Below are positions 23,547 through 37,766 of a DNA stretch of 64,000 bases, one piece after another (the stretch's first letter is position 1; each line of letters begins with the position of its first letter). Source of the DNA: Squalus acanthias (taxonomy: Eukaryota); NCBI GenBank assembly GCA_030390025.1, contig CM059439.1, positions 12,090,001 through 12,154,000 of the forward strand. Reading direction: 5' to 3'. A model generated the notes under the pieces. That model had not been told where the DNA came from. It worked only from the letters and a program-made list of their open reading frames with translations, and did no database searches. Position numbers and translations under genes: made by a program.

Positions 23547-24255
23547 GGCTTGGAGTTTTTTTTAGCGCAATTCGCCCAAAATCGGCCAAACCGGTGCAAA
23601 AATCGCAGAATTTTAAGTGCAGATTATGTCCAGTGCATCTCAAGTTTCTGTGATCTTTTTGTGCTAGTTTAAAAAAAGTTGCGCTAACAGCTCACAATGC
23701 GCCCAGAGCATATTAATCACCATTGCAAGTTTCCGCTTATTGCGCCCGTTTGTAGGCCTTCGAGCAGTCTCTTAAAATTAAGCTGGTATTTTTAGACGCA
23801 AGGACACTAATAGGCACATTTTAAAAGCTTCTGAATATAATTTATTTTAATTTACTAAGAACCTGACTATTGTACACCAATATAACTAGCAAATGGTTCA
23901 GTATATTTTTTTTAAGTCATTTTCTGTTATTTAAAATAGGGTAACTCACAGGTGGTGGACTAGACACCCTGATTAAAATGCTTATTTTTTGTGATTAAAC
24001 CCATTTTCAGCTGTATTAATCAAACTGCTCCAGGTTACCGCTCTTAACTGTGTCGAGGAATATTTTTTAAAGTAAATATTACTTTCTAAAACTCTGCCCG
24101 ATTGCGCTGGTTCATGGCAGACTTGACGTTCAGCTATATGCAAATGCGTTTGAGCAGAAACACAAGGGAGGAAAAAACACTTCTCAAAACGAGTGCCATT
24201 TTGGCTGCATTTTGAGCCTGGATCCTCGATTGCACCCAAAGTGGAAACTCTACCC
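23547..24255. mobile_element. Probable non-autonomous DNA transposon
   Basis: Imperfect termini GGCTTGGAGTTT / AAACTCTACCC with CpG-rich subterminal regions and an AT-rich core. Confidence 0.45.
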
Positions 24256-25124
24256 GTATCTATATAAATGGAAAAAGTGTGTCCTTGCTAAGTAATAAAT
24301 ATGAAAATTCATTTATAATATCTGATAGTTTTTTGAGAATCTGGAAGGGGGCAATGGGCCATTTAAATTTAACTACTTTTTTTTTTTAATATTGTGAAGT
24401 CGGGCGAGTGCTTCTGCCCAGTATTCCACTAAAGCTTCGAAAACTTTTTTTTCCACAGTTAGTTTGCGAGGTGGGGCCAGTGAAACTGATTCCAGCCCTG
24501 ACGTGTGTTGTAAATGGAAGCACTAGAAGTACACCCTTTTTGAAAATACGGCTGTAAGTTTCCATAATGGGTGATTTTCTTTTTGGGGGGGTGGGGGAAG
24601 TGGGAAGAAAGGGGAACCAGACCTCTGCCCAAACAATAATTGCATTTTCTTGAAAGTACTTTTAGTACAATACAGACCGCACAGTTTAATAAATGATCAG
24701 ACATTCTGGTGGTAAATGTTTATACAGTGCTGTTCACCGGAATTGGGTTCTGATTATATCCTTTTACTTTCACGGATCCTGTAAAATAACTGCAAATGGG
24801 GCTTGCTTAAGTTTGTGTGTATAATTTAACATGCATGGGGTTTTTTTTTTAAATAAAGGATTTCTTTACTTCTGCCTTGTATTTTAATTCTGATCTGATC
24901 ATTTTCTGATTTTGGTTGGAGATGTACAGTTCGTTCGAGCTGTGGGAACAGCAGCCGACCGAGCACCTGTGAGGGGTGTAGTGTCAGATTGAGGTGTGTG
25001 TTGAGTGGAGTCACGAGATCAGCAGCAATTGAATTCAAGTGCTTTCAACTGTATTGGTGGTTGTGTTCAAGAAACTTTTAATTGCCACTAGAAAGGTGAT
25101 AAAGAGATTAAAATGATGTTCCCT

Positions 25125-25126
<2 letters not shown>

Positions 25127-25161
<35 letters not shown>
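25127..25161. repeat. (CA)n microsatellite
   Basis: Directly visible. Confidence 0.95.
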
Positions 25162-25162
<1 letters not shown>

Positions 25163-27344
25163 AAAAAACAGCAGGTGGGGTGTGCGTAGGGAGGAGTCTT
25201 ATTTTCCACTACTTTTTTTTTGTAGAACTGCAAAATGGTGATCTCGCTGTATAAAAGATCTCTGGTTAGTCAGTTCTGCTATTTGTTTGTGCATGGATGA
25301 AAGGACCTTGCTACCACTTGATCCCCGCCCAAAGACGAATGTGCCCAAATAACTGCAGCTAGCACTCTGTGCAGCCAGACGGGAAGATGATGAGGCACAA
25401 ACCATTTGGGAAAAGAGCTCAAGATAAATCCTCAGATTTTGCCACGGCTATACTCGTAAAAGCTTGCCTGCTCATATATTTTGAATACAATTTTTAATAA
25501 GCAAGACTTAATGACTATAGCGGCAAAGACCTATCGGTACAAGTTTGCCAGTCACGAATGGTGCGAAGAAACACCATCCCTACTCTGGCTGATTTTAGAT
25601 TTTTCAAGGGAAAATTACCCGGATGAACTTGTTCCCATGTGTGATATCCAGGTTAAGCATATGTGGTGATGTATACAGTTATCAGAAAGAATCGAGTCTG
25701 CCTGGTGTACCAGAGCCTGGTAGTGGATAATGTGGGCTGTGTGATTCGCTGGTGAGATCCATCCAATAACATGCGCGTGATAATTATTGAACTTCAACAG
25801 TAATAGATAAGTTGCTTAAAAAGAGGAAACCGAGCACTCATGAGAGGTGTAATTGCTAGACTGAGGGGTGGACCCTGCTGAACTGGATATCAAAACTAAC
25901 TGTAAGCTGATCTTGAGGACACGAAAATAGACAGAGCAGCAGAGACGTTGGATGCGGAGGATTTAAATTGGCTATACTTTGACATACTTTTCAGTTGCTG
26001 CATAGACATGGCCCTTTCAACAGGGGACCTCTGTAATCCATGCAGTAAGCTACCTATCCCTCGCTCTAGTGTTTCCGTATGCTTGCTGCTGCTCGAGTCT
26101 TCATGGCAACCAGTGCTCTGTGTGAGCGTTTGACGTTATACACTAACACAAGGTCCCGAGATCCCTCCATAATGCAATCTTTTTCCAGTGCATTGAACCT
26201 TTTCACTTAGATTGTCATCTGCAGTGCAACAGCTGCGGCTGGGGAGTACCCATATGGCTATATGACTGGCAGCATGTGCCGCCTGCAGAGCTGCACTGTC
26301 GTCGAATAGGCCATGCTGAGAGAAATGTTTATTAGAATATGTCATGCACGGGGCAGTAATCAGTGGATGTGAATTCCACACCTGACTTGGCATCACCCAA
26401 ACCTTAGGAAGTCTTGCAACCTAACGCATCCACAATTACTTCAAAGATGATTTGCGATATCGATCGTGGGTGGGGGTTTGCTGCTTATCTTGTGCTTCTC
26501 CTTTTTATAAATGCCAGTTTATCCAATAAAAGGTGGGGGAACACAGAAGACAGTGGAGCAGCAAGTTCACTATTTTGTATGCCAGCAAGTTGTAGTTTGT
26601 ACCATCACAGCTACCGATGGGCTATTCAAATGAGCTGTGAATCAATAGAGGAACTTGTGGCATTGCTTTCCTATACAGAGTTCTTCATAATTTAGCCATT
26701 TGTAGGACTGATTGCGATTTTTCCGCAATTGCCCATCATATCCATTGAAGTGGCAACTGTGGCCCCTGTGAAAATCAGCTCTCCTTTGTGCCATTCTTTG
26801 ATCACACACCTTTATTTGCCTTTTTCAGCCAAGCGCATTCATTGACTGGTGGACACCACATTCAGCATGTCCGTTGCATGCTGCATTGCCTACGTTCTCC
26901 AGTGGATTGTCATGGGTTGCTTTGGCTCACTGGAGATGTCCCTTCACCTCTCCATTATATCGTGCATGAGGACTCGGCATCATCTGTGAACCTTTTGTAC
27001 TTTGTTGCCGTCTGTTTATAGCTGAATTTCATAGAAATTGCTGCACAGTAGTTGGCCATTCGGCCCATCACGCCAGTACTGGTGCTACCTTTAGCTGAAG
27101 CTACCTACTCTAAGCTCATTTCTCTCCCTTTTCCTATTGCCTAGGATGGGCAATAAATACTGGCCTTGCTAGCGATGGCCATACCCCGAATAGGAAGATA
27201 ACTTGTGCCTCTCTCCAAGCAGCTCCCTAGGGAGCTACGTAACCAGGCCTATGTAACTTGAGTTTTCCGTGTCTAATTCACGTGTGCGTTTTGGCTGCCA
27301 CTCCGGACCCGAGCCCATCACTTCTATTTCCCTAATATCTCCAT

Positions 27345-28160
27345 GGGCGCAATCTTGCCAGCCCTGGGGAGGCGGGTATGGAGGCGGGACCACTGGGAAA
27401 ATGGCAGAATTTGGGGGCGGGTGCCCAACCCGCCTCCGTGCCATCTTCCTAGGAGGTGGGTAGCCGACCCACGCCGGGTCCCGTCTCCTTGGAGGCGGGA
27501 AGGGATTAAAGCCTATTAACTGCATGTTAACAGGCAGAAAATAGGATTATCCCCTTTTTGCCATCACAAGTGCGGGCTTCCCGAAGGCTCCGAAACCCAC
27601 CAGGGTCACCGAGGCGAGTAGTGGGTCTGCAGGGGTCGGAGGGGTCCAAAAGTGTGCTGTGAAGGTAAGTGATGGGTGCAAGTGTGGAGAGGTGAGTATC
27701 TGAGGTAAGTGTTATTAAAAGTGTACTTACCTTTGTTTCTTCCTGCAGGCTTCAGTCGGTGGGTATGCGGAGAGTCTCGGACCTCCGCGTTGGAGATGAC
27801 AGATGGCCATTGCATTCTCAGATGCAACAACCATCTCATTTCTGCAAAAGAAAGAAGTTTGATGAGGTCTTGAATTCAAGACCTCATCAAACTACAGAGA
27901 ATGTCAGTGTTTGACAGCTTCACAGAGCTGTCAAACGATGACAATTCATCTGTCAAAAATTTTTGACAGATAAAACGTCATACGTTGACGTTCTCTGCAA
28001 CTGGCTTTCCCTTAATTGGCCTGCTAAGCCCACTGGGCAGCTTAACAAGGTCAATCAAGGGAAAATAGTGTGGGTTGGCCAGAAGTTGTTGGAGGCGGGA
28101 CTGAAACCCGACAAGTGGGAGCCCCGCCTCCAAAAGCTCCCCATTGGCAAAATCACCCCC
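27345..28160. mobile_element. Harbinger-type MITE inserted in an L2 tail
   Basis: Termini GGGCGCAATCTT / AAAATCACCCCC and GGAGGCGGG subterminal motifs; splits the L2 sequence cctaatatctc|cttatgtgg. Confidence 0.65.
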
Positions 28161-28799
28161 CTTATGTGGTTCGGTCTCCTATTTTGTTTGATAATGCTCT
28201 TGTGAAACGCCTTGGGACGTTTTACTATGTTAAAGGCGCTATATAAGTCGTTGGCACAATTTCCCTTTCCAAAGATTTGGAAAATTAAATTTAGGTGTCT
28301 TTGCAATTTCCTCCCCCAGCCTCCCTTAGTATTATAGGATGCATACCATAGGATGCATACCATCCAGGCCTCTGGATTACTATCCAGTAACATAACCACT
28401 ATGCTACCGTATCTCTAAGTGGTCCTACCTGTTCTTTTTGCTTTTACTTTCATACTCTCTTAGCCTTCCTACTTAATTTACCTTTTTACTTCCATTGTAT
28501 ACCTTTTTTTATTTTGTTATAGTTTTCTTCTAAATTATCCCTTATATTGATCATAGGATTTTTTTTGTTGAAGGTACAAATTCTTCCTCTTTATTTATGG
28601 GACCTCTGCCATTGACATATCACCTTTCTTCCTAGTAGGAGTGTCTTTAACCTACACCTTATCTATCTCGTGTTTAATTACCTCTTGCTGAGTAGTCCAC
28701 TGTTTGATCTACCTTTTTTTTTCCAACCAGTTAATCTCGGTCTCCTTTCATCCCACTGAAATTAAGTCTAACATTTTTTATCTTGCATTGAAGCATCAG

Positions 28800-29185
28800 C
28801 CTCGGCTTGGTGGGTAGCGCTCTTGCCTCTGACTCAGAAGGTCACGAGTTCAAGCCCCACTCCAGGGACTTGAGCACATAATCTAGGCTGGCACTTCTGT
28901 GCAGTACTGAGGGAGTGCTGCACTGTCAGGGGTGCTGTCCTTCAGGTGAGACGTTAATCCAAGGCCCCATCTGCTTGCTCAGGTGGATGTAAAAGATCCC
29001 GTGCCAACATGTATCCTTCAACCAGCGCCACCAAAACGTTTAATTGCTCATTTGTATCATTGCTCTGCTCAAATTGGCTGCCGCATTTGCCCACATTACA
29101 GCAATGACTACACTTTAGAAGTAATGAACTAGCTGCGAAGCCTTTTGGGATGTCCTGAGGTCATGAAAGGCACTATATAAATACA
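28800..29185 (+). mobile_element. Deu-domain SINE copy
   Basis: Reverse-complement homologue of 15525-15974. Confidence 0.75.
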
Positions 29186-30001
29186 CAGATGTTCATTCTT
29201 TTTTTCTCTTTTGAACTCTTCTGAAAATCTGTTTCGATTTATATGAATCCAGTTAAATTATGGCCACTATTTGCCGCATGGTTTCCTACCTGCAGTTCAC
29301 TTACTTGTCATCCTTTGTCATCCAGAACCAGATCTAGCACCGCACCCTTCCTTTAATATGGTTTATGGATGATTAGTTGCGTTCTGAGAAACCACACATG
29401 CCAGCTACAATACCCAGGACCCTGAGGCAGGTTGACTTTACGGTACCTGCCAGTTAGATAGAAAAGTGCGGTTCTGAACAGGACCCATGCTGTTTATGGT
29501 GGTCAACCTCCAGTATGGTATAAGTGGGAAAAATGGTTTGATTTTTTTTCTATTGCCATCTGCCTGAGTTAGTGCCCTGGCTTCTTGACTTTCCTGAGTT
29601 TGGCACAGAAAGATTATGGAAGCAGCCAAACCATTTTATCCCTGAGATTAACTGTCTGGCAGGTGTAAATATTAATATCTATTCGCAATCTTTAATTATA
29701 ATACATTTCTGTGCTGTGTATTGCTATGGCGAGAGCCAAGCACCAAATAAAGATGCATTCAACTTGACGCAACTAAGCAAAGGAAAATTCAAGTCATCTG
29801 ACTCCACGTGACCATGGCCTACTTCAAGCTGTTGGTAAATCCGATGGATTTAAAGCTTAGGCTAAGTTTGTGCAGCTGTTCATTTGAAGACAGATCTTTT
29901 AAGACATGTGCTAGGCTTGGACTCTAGTACAGCCTTGTTTTAATTGACCAGCCAGTCCTTACAAAGTATGTGCTTTGCTATGCATCTCCTGGAATAAGGA
30001 G

Positions 30002-30423
30002 CCCATCCACCACCTTAAACATTCACTCCCTCCACCACCGGCGTACCGTGGCTGCAGTGTGTACCATCTACAAGATGCACTGCAGCAACTTGCCAAGGCT
30101 TCTTCGGCAGCACCTCCCAAACCCGCGACCTCTTCCACCTAGAAGGACAAGGGCAGCAGGCGCATGGGAACACCACCACCTCCACGTTCCCCTCCAAGTC
30201 ACACACCATCCTGACTTGGAAGTATATCGCCGTTCCTTCATCGTCGCTGGGTCAAAATCCTGGAACTCCCTCCCTAACAGCACTGTGGGAGTACCTTCAC
30301 CACACGGACTGCAGTGGTTCAAGAAGGTGGATCACCGCCACATTCTCAAGGGCAATTAGGGATGGGCAATAAATGCTGGCCTTGCCAGCGATGCCCAGAT
30401 CCCATAAATAAATTAAAAAAAAA
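30002..30423 (+). mobile_element. 3' fragment of the same LINE family (older degenerate fragments at ~14-385, ~10247-10830, ~27140-27190)
   Basis: Near-identical to 7687-8105 and ending in an A-tail. Confidence 0.85.
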
Positions 30424-30674
30424 TATCCATAGGCCAAGAAGAAGACCCCATTCACTCTGACAAACTGCAGTGCCTGTCTCAATGCCCTTCTGTAGCTTTC
30501 TGGAAATGTCTCTGCTCTCATCGGGTCAGGTTACCTGCTTCCGCAGAGAGGTGAAGTCTAGACGTTTACTACCAGACCACTTTGTATGATTTAAACCCCT
30601 TTGTATTTACAGAAATGAAGGAGATGTTTAGTAAATTGTGCAATGCCACTTGCACAAAGCTGACCAAAATTGAA

Positions 30675-32509
30675 CAGTCGTGAATGGTGGTGGACCATTA
30701 AACAACTAACGGGAGGAGGAGGCTCCATGAATATCCCCATCCTCAGTGATGGTGCAGCACAGCACGCGAGTGCAAAAGACGAGGCTGAAGCGTTTGCAAC
30801 CATCTTCAGCCAGAAGTACCAAGTAGATGATCCATATCGGCCTACTCCTGAGGTCCCCACCATCACAGAAGCCAGTCTTCAGCCAATTCGATTCACTCCC
30901 CGTGATATCAAGAAACGACTGAGCGCACTGGATACAGCAAAGGCTGTGGGCCCCAACAACATCCCAGCTGTCGTGCTGAAGACTTGTGCTCCAGAACTAG
31001 CCGCGCCTCTAGCCAAGCTGTTCCAGTACAGCTATAACACTGGCATCTATCCGACAATGTGGAAAACTGCCCAGGTATGTCCTGTCCACAAAAAGCAGTA
31101 CAAATCCAATCCGGCTAATTACCGCCCCATCAGTCTACTCTCAATCATCAGCAAAGTGATGGAAGGTGCCGTCGACAGTGCTATCAAGCGGCACTTACTC
31201 ACCAAAAACCTACTCACTGATGCCCAGTTTGGGTTCCACCAGGACCACTCTGCTCCAGACCTCATTACAGCCTTGGTCCAAACATGGACAAAAGAGCTGA
31301 ATTCCAGAGATGAGGTGAGAGTGACTGCCCTTGACATCAAGGCAGCATTTGACCGAGTGTGGCATCAAGGAGCCCCTGTTAAACTGAAGTCAATGGGAAT
31401 CGGGGGGGGAAACTCTCCACTGGTTGGAGTCATACCTAGCACAAAGGAAGATGGTTGTGGTGGTTGGAGGTCCATCATCACAGCCCCAGGACATCGCTGC
31501 AGGAGTTCCTCCGGGCAGCGTCCTAGGCCCAACCATCTTCAGCTGCTTCATCAATGACCTTCCCTCCATCATTAGGTCAGAAGTGGGGTTGTTCGCTGAT
31601 GACTGCACAGTGTTCAGTGCCGTTCGCAACTCCTCAGATAATGAAGCAGTCCATGCCCATATGCAGCAAGACCTGGATGACATTCAGGCTTGGGCTGATA
31701 AGTGGCAGGTAACATTCATGCCACACAAGTGCCAGGCAATGACCATCTCCAACAAGCGAGAGTCTAACCACCGCCCCATGACATTCAACGGCATTACCAT
31801 TGCCGAATCCCCCACCATCAATATCCTGGGGGTCATCATTGACCAGAAACTTAACTGGACCAGCCACATAAATATTGTGGCAACAAGAGCAGGTCAGATG
31901 CTGCGTATTCTGCGGCGAGTATCCCACCTCCTGACTCCCCAAAGCCTTTCCACCATCTACTAGGCACAAGTCAGGAGTGTGATGGAATACTCTCCACTTG
32001 CCTGGATGAGTGCAGCTCCAACAACACTCAAGAAGCTCGACACCATCCAACAGAAAGCAGCCTGCTTGATTGGCACCCCATCCACCACCTTAAACATTCA
32101 CTCCCTCCACCACCAGGCGCACCGTGGCTGCAGTGTGTACCATCTACAAGATGCACTGCAGCAACTCACCAAGGCTTCTTCAGCAGCACCTCCCAAACCT
32201 GCGACCTTTACCACCTAGAAGGACAAGGGCAGCAGGCACATGGGAACACCACCACCTCCAAGTTCCCCTCCAAGTCACACACTATCCTGACTTGGAAGTA
32301 TATCGCCGATCCTTCATTGTCACTGGGTCAAAGTCCTCGAACTCCCTCCCTAACAGCGCTGTGGGAGTACCTTCACCACACGGACTGCAGCGGTTCAAGG
32401 CGGCGGCTCACCACCACCTTCTCAAGGGCAATTAGGGATGGTCAATAAATGCTGGCCTTGCCAGTGACGCTCACATCCCATGAACGAATATTTAAAAAAA
32501 AATAAAAAA
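30675..32509 (+). mobile_element. Second copy of the same LINE family, disrupted RT
   Basis: Colinear and highly similar to 6285-8105; NYRPISLL, LDIKAAFD, FADD motifs; A-rich tail. Confidence 0.9.
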
Positions 32510-32854
32510 TAGGCAACTGGGTGACTCCAATTCCAGGAAAGAAACTTGGGAAGACCTCATTGTATAAAAGAACAATGAAGGCTGTTTCTTCATTGTTGCA
32601 GAGTCACAGAAAGATATCTATATCAGATAACTGTGTCTTCACATTGATTGGCACAAAATTAATGAGCATTTTATTCTGTATTTAAAATGTTGGGTTCTTC
32701 AGGAGTTGTAGTGTTGTAGTGGGTATAAAACATATTTAATGGTTATTTGCAAACCTAGTACGGTGAAGTGGTGAGCCCTAGTGAGACTGAAGTGCAATGG
32801 TGAGTCCCTATTGACTGCACTGAAATACTGATTTCGACACTGAACAACTTTAAA

Positions 32855-33007
32855 NNNNNNNNNNNNNNNNNNNNNNNNNNNNNNNNNNNNNNNNNNNNNN
32901 NNNNNNNNNNNNNNNNNNNNNNNNNNNNNNNNNNNNNNNNNNNNNNNNNNNNNNNNNNNNNNNNNNNNNNNNNNNNNNNNNNNNNNNNNNNNNNNNNNNN
33001 NNNNNNN
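32855..33007. other. Assembly gap (153 N)
   Basis: Run of N. Confidence 1.
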
Positions 33008-33737
33008 ATATGATAGGGGACTGTCCCGTAACAGGTTGCAGAAAGTATTATATTGAGCGGTTTCCACCCCCCACCCTGTTTCCTTACTCTTAGATCTATT
33101 TCTGGCAAATGAGCCTGAGCCCACTCACTTTCCTCCCCCGCTCTGATAGGCCATCAGACCATAGGAAAATTAAAGGGTGGGGAAAGCCCAAATTTTGAGC
33201 TAAAGTGCAAAAACTGCTTGTTTACTTCTTAAAGCTTTTCCGTGTCTCTGCATACTGAGTTATTTCATTCATAGAATCATACAGCACAGAAGGAGGCCAT
33301 TCGGCCCATCGTGCCTTAAGAGCTATCCAATTAGTCCCGCTCCCCTGCTGTTTCCCCACAGCCCTGCAGTTTTTTTTCCTTTTCAAGTATTTATCCAAGT
33401 TACTACTGAATCTGCTTCCATCACCCTTTCAGCCAGTGCATTCCAGATCACAACTTGTGGCATTTTTTTTTTTAAATTCTCCTCCGGTTCTTTTGCCAGT
33501 TACCTTAAATCTCTGTCCTCAGGATACCGACCCCACTGCCAGTGGAAAAAATTTCTCCCTATGTACTCTATCAAAACCCCTCATAATTTTGCACACCTCT
33601 CTTAAATTTCCACTTAACCTTCTCTGCTCTAAGGAGAATAATCCCAGCTTCTCAAATCTCTACATAATTGTAGAAAATATTATTGAGCAGTTTATCCCTG
33701 GTACCATTCCGGTATATCATCTCTGCACCCTCTCCAA

Positions 33738-34597
33738 GACCGCGAGTTTCTGCTTCGAGGCGGCTTGGGAGCAGGTCAGCTGCCTTCCGGGTTCCAGCCC
33801 CCAACGACATCCGGCCCACAGACGTAATTTTACGTCAATTGGCCTTGTTAAGTCCGCCCTGCGGGCTTGTCGGCCAATTAAGAGGAAGCCGATATCAGAT
33901 GGCGTCATTTGATAACGCGTCATCTGCCGGTTTTCTTAAAGGGACCACGCACAATTTTTTTTGACCTCTGATTTTTTCAGTGTTTGACAGCATTGAGGTA
34001 CTGCAAACACTGACCGTGACTGTTCACAGGTGAGCTCTTGCACCCAGGCTCTCCAGTGACTCCCTCCTTAGGCTAGAACAGATGGCAGCTGCAAGTAAGG
34101 TTACAGAAGCGATCTGTCACTGGTGAGAGAGGTTCTCCCAATGAGGTGGGACTAGACAAACGCTTCAAACCTTGTTACCTACAGAAAAGTCTAAATGCAT
34201 TAAAAATGAATTTCCCAACATTTTCTTACCTCTGAAACTTACCAGTGCACCGTTGGATCCTTCACACCACTTCTGCAGCTGTCATCAATGCAGAAACATT
34301 ACAGCAGACTCACAACACGCCACACTTACCTGGCGTGGTGTCCGCACGTCGGGAAGCCCGCAGTAGAAGTGTCAAAATTGGAAAAAGCCTTTTAACTGCC
34401 TGTTAGCAACCTGTTAAGTGGCTATAATCTTCTTCCCGCCGCTAGGTGTCGGGTCCATGTGCAAATCGAGGACCCGACACTTGGGAAGATTGATTGGAGG
34501 CGGGTTGACCGGGTTTCCTGCCCACTGTCAATCTTTGCGATTTTGCCGGATGTCCCGCCTCCAAACCCGCCCCCTGAGCGCCGGCAAAATTCTGGCC
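33738..34597 (+). mobile_element. Harbinger-type MITE
   Basis: 3-bp TSD CAA within CR1; internal homology to 36415-37766 and 40302-42795. Confidence 0.75.
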
Positions 34598-34714
34598 CAA
34601 GACCTTAGCATCATCCCTAAAGTGTGGTGCCCAGAATTTGACACAATACTCCAGCTGGTGCCTGACCACTGTTTTATAAAGTTTTAGCATAACTTCTTTG
34701 CTTTTGTACTCTAT

Positions 34715-35338
34715 GGGCTGGATTTTGATACTGGGGCGGGTTGGGGTCGTGTCATCCACTTTTCGTGTTATCCACCCGACTGCAATTGGATGTGGGAGAT
34801 TGATGCGATTTTCACCTAATTGGGCAATTGAGTTCCAGCATGTGGGAACCCATGACCCAATTAGTGTTTTCAGTCTGAAAGTCGCCTCTGATGATGTCAT
34901 CATTACTGCTGCATTGAAGGTCTTCAGAGACTGCCTGGCCTTTGCTGTGAGAGGACCTGGATGCAAAATGAGCAGCAGCAGCCCTACGACTACTATGTTG
35001 TAATAGTGGACCTGCAGCTGAAAGTCAGCTTTCGAAATGTGTTACCGCCAGGTTTCACAATCGTGGATCAGAACAGGCGTGCATCACGTAGAACAAGGGT
35101 TAAAATCACAAAGGCCTTTCAAAATGGCACTATAGAGCCAATTTAGTGCTTGTTAAGGGCCTTAACAGCCTATCCCGCCTCTTAAAGGCGGGACGGATTC
35201 GGGACCAGCAGACACGATTTAATGAAAATTGCGTGGAGGCGGGATGGAGGCGGACTTGTGCCCGCCTGCCAGTTTTCGCAATTTTAACCCCCCACACGCC
35301 TCCAAACCCACCTCCACGGGTCAATGAAAATCCAGCCC
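34715..35338. mobile_element. Harbinger-type MITE
   Basis: Perfect 12-bp TIR GGGCTGGATTTT with 3-bp TSD TAT. Confidence 0.85.
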
Positions 35339-36414
35339 TATGCCTCTATTTAAAAAGCCAAGGATCCCATATACTTTTTAAACAGCCTTATCAATTTGTC
35401 CTGCCAAATTCAAAGATTTGTGTATGTAAACCCCCAGGTCTCTCTCTTGCTGCACCCTTTAAAATGGTACCATTTGATTTATATTGCCTCTCCCCATCCA
35501 TCCTTCCAAAATGAATAACTTCACACTTCTCTGCATTAAATTTCATCTGCCATGTGTCTGCCCATTTCACCAGTCTGTCTGTGTCCTCCTGAAGTCTGTT
35601 ACTATCCTCCTCACTGTTTACTACATTTCCAAGTTTTGTGTCATCTGCAAACTTTGAAATTATACCCTGTATACCCCAAGTCCAGGCCATTAATATATAT
35701 ATCAAAAAGAGCAGTGATCCTAACATCGACCCCTGGGGGGCATCACTGTATACTTCCCTCCAGTCTGAAAAACAACCTATTCCACCACTATCCTCTGCTA
35801 TCTGTCCCTTGCCAATTTATGGGGAAATGTTTCTGCTAAAATGTGTATGGAGTAGAGTTGGTATTATCCATTTCTTAATTAGCAGTGTTTTCACATTATT
35901 TTTTAATAGGCCCCAAAATAAGAGAGTTTCAATTATATGGCACTTTATTGCTTTATCTCTCAGGCTGTCTCAAAGCATCCCAAATATACAATGATTTGAT
36001 TTTGAAATGCCAGTCAGTGTCGCTAGGGAAACAAATGTTGCAATCGATCCACACATGGGAAGGTTCCCATAAGCAGAAATGAGATGAATGACCAAATATT
36101 CTATTTTTTATGGTCTTGGTTGAGGAAGAAAATGTTTGGCGCAGACGCCGGGATAACTCCTTTGTTCTTTTGAATAGTGCCATGGGCTGTCATATCCACT
36201 TGAACAGACTGATGGGGGGCCTCTGTCTGTTTTATACATGTTCAGGTTTTTTGAAACCACGTGGGAGAAAAGGCCCAGGTCCTAGTGAAGGCTCTGGAGG
36301 GGGCATGGAACCATAGCATTTTATAGCACTGAATCAGCCCATTGTGCCTGAGCAAGCTTTCTGAAACTACTATCCACTTAGCCCTAATTTTACTGCCCGT
36401 TCCCTTTTACGATT

Positions 36415-37766
36415 GGCTGCATTTTCTCTGCGGAGGCGGGATGGCGGCGAGATAGCTGGTTGCCGGGTTCCAGTCCCACTCCCAGCTGCAGCCACTCTGT
36501 CAAAGGGATTTTCCCTTGTCTGGCCTTGTTGAGCCCGCCCTGCAGGCCCCCCGGCCGATTAACAGGAAGGTCTGAGGTCTGATGACGCGTCATCAGCCGG
36601 TTTCCTTAAAGGGACCACGGCCACATTGAGTTTGACAGTTGTTCTGTCAGTGTTCTACAGTATTGAGGTGCTGCAAACACTGATGAGCACTGCACAAAGG
36701 TGGATGCTTGCACCCAGGCTCTCCCATGACTCCCTCCATAAGAACTATAGAAGTAAAGGAAATTAGGGGTTACGGGGAGCGGGCTGGAAATTGGACATGA
36801 GTTTGAGTTCGGATCGGTCAAGGCCCTGTGGGTGGCGGAGCGGGCCCAGGGGCCGAGTGGCCTGGTCCTGCTCCTACTTCTTGTGTTCTTTAGAGCTGAG
36901 GTTGGATCAGATCAGCCATGATCTCATTGAATGGCGGAGCAGGCTCGAGGGGCCGAATGGTCTACTCCTGCTCCTATTTCTTATGTTCTTATAAGTTCAA
37001 AGGAACATTTCACCTTATTGGACTGATCTGTGCGCACCTTGAGAAGTGTCTTACTGAGTTCCAGTGAATGTTGAGACATAACTTCCTCCACCCCCCCCCC
37101 CCAACCCCCGGTTATAGTGATGAGTGTGCATGGAATGGCTTGGACATTAAAGGAATGCTTTACGATGCTGTTGTGGGATGGTGTCAACCTGGCGCATCAT
37201 GTGGCAGCCAGGGTTAACAGCGTCAAGTGAAGTAAATCTAGCCATGGTGATGCCATCGCTGGTCTCCCGGGCAGCAATGTTGTCATGGGCTGATGTCCTG
37301 TGCATACTGGACATACAGTTGGCTCAAAACACTTACAAGCTAAAGAAATCTCTATATATAGTCTTACAAATGTAGTAACCAACAGTTTTTGCACTCTGAA
37401 ACTGACCATCTGCAACATGGCATCCTTTCCACCACTTCTGCAGCTGTCAGCTTATCAGATACATCAGAGCAGACTCAACTCACGCCAGGGTGAGCTGGCG
37501 TGTTCCCTGAGCAGCGGGTAACCCATGGGGGAGCATGTAAAATTGGAAGGTAGCCTCAAAATAGCATTAAATTGACCATTTGATGATCTGAATTGTCTCC
37601 CCCGCCGCTTGGTGTCGGGTCAGTTCTGCGCAGACAGACCCAACACCTGGGAGACTCGCGTGGAGGCGGGTGGACAGCGGGTTTCCTACCCGCTGTCAAT
37701 CTTTACTAGTTTGACAGCGGACCCGCCTCCAAACCTGCCCTCCTGAGTGCCGGCAAAATCCAGCCC
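36415..37766 (+). mobile_element. Harbinger derivative with nested CR1 tails
   Basis: Termini GGCTGCATTTT / AAAATCCAGCCC; shares internal blocks with 33738-34597 and 40302-42795. Confidence 0.7.

Larger units (their letters stand above)
33270..35812 (-). mobile_element. CR1 LINE fragment interrupted by two Harbinger-type MITEs
   Basis: - strand ORFs KFADDTKLG..LQED.DRLVKWADTWQMKFNAEKC and LYKTVVRHQLEYCVKFWAPH; the sequence is contiguous once the MITEs are removed. Confidence 0.85.

Noticed and set aside
25293-25860. CpG-containing unique stretch with short ORFs (e.g. 25481-25669)
   Set aside because: Stops in all frames and no recognisable domain or splice structure.
31405-31413. G-GGA-AAC slippery heptamer suggesting programmed -1 frameshifting in the LINE RT
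   Set aside because: The downstream RT frame is +1 relative to the upstream ORF, so a -1 shift would not restore it; the other copy has a different run composition.
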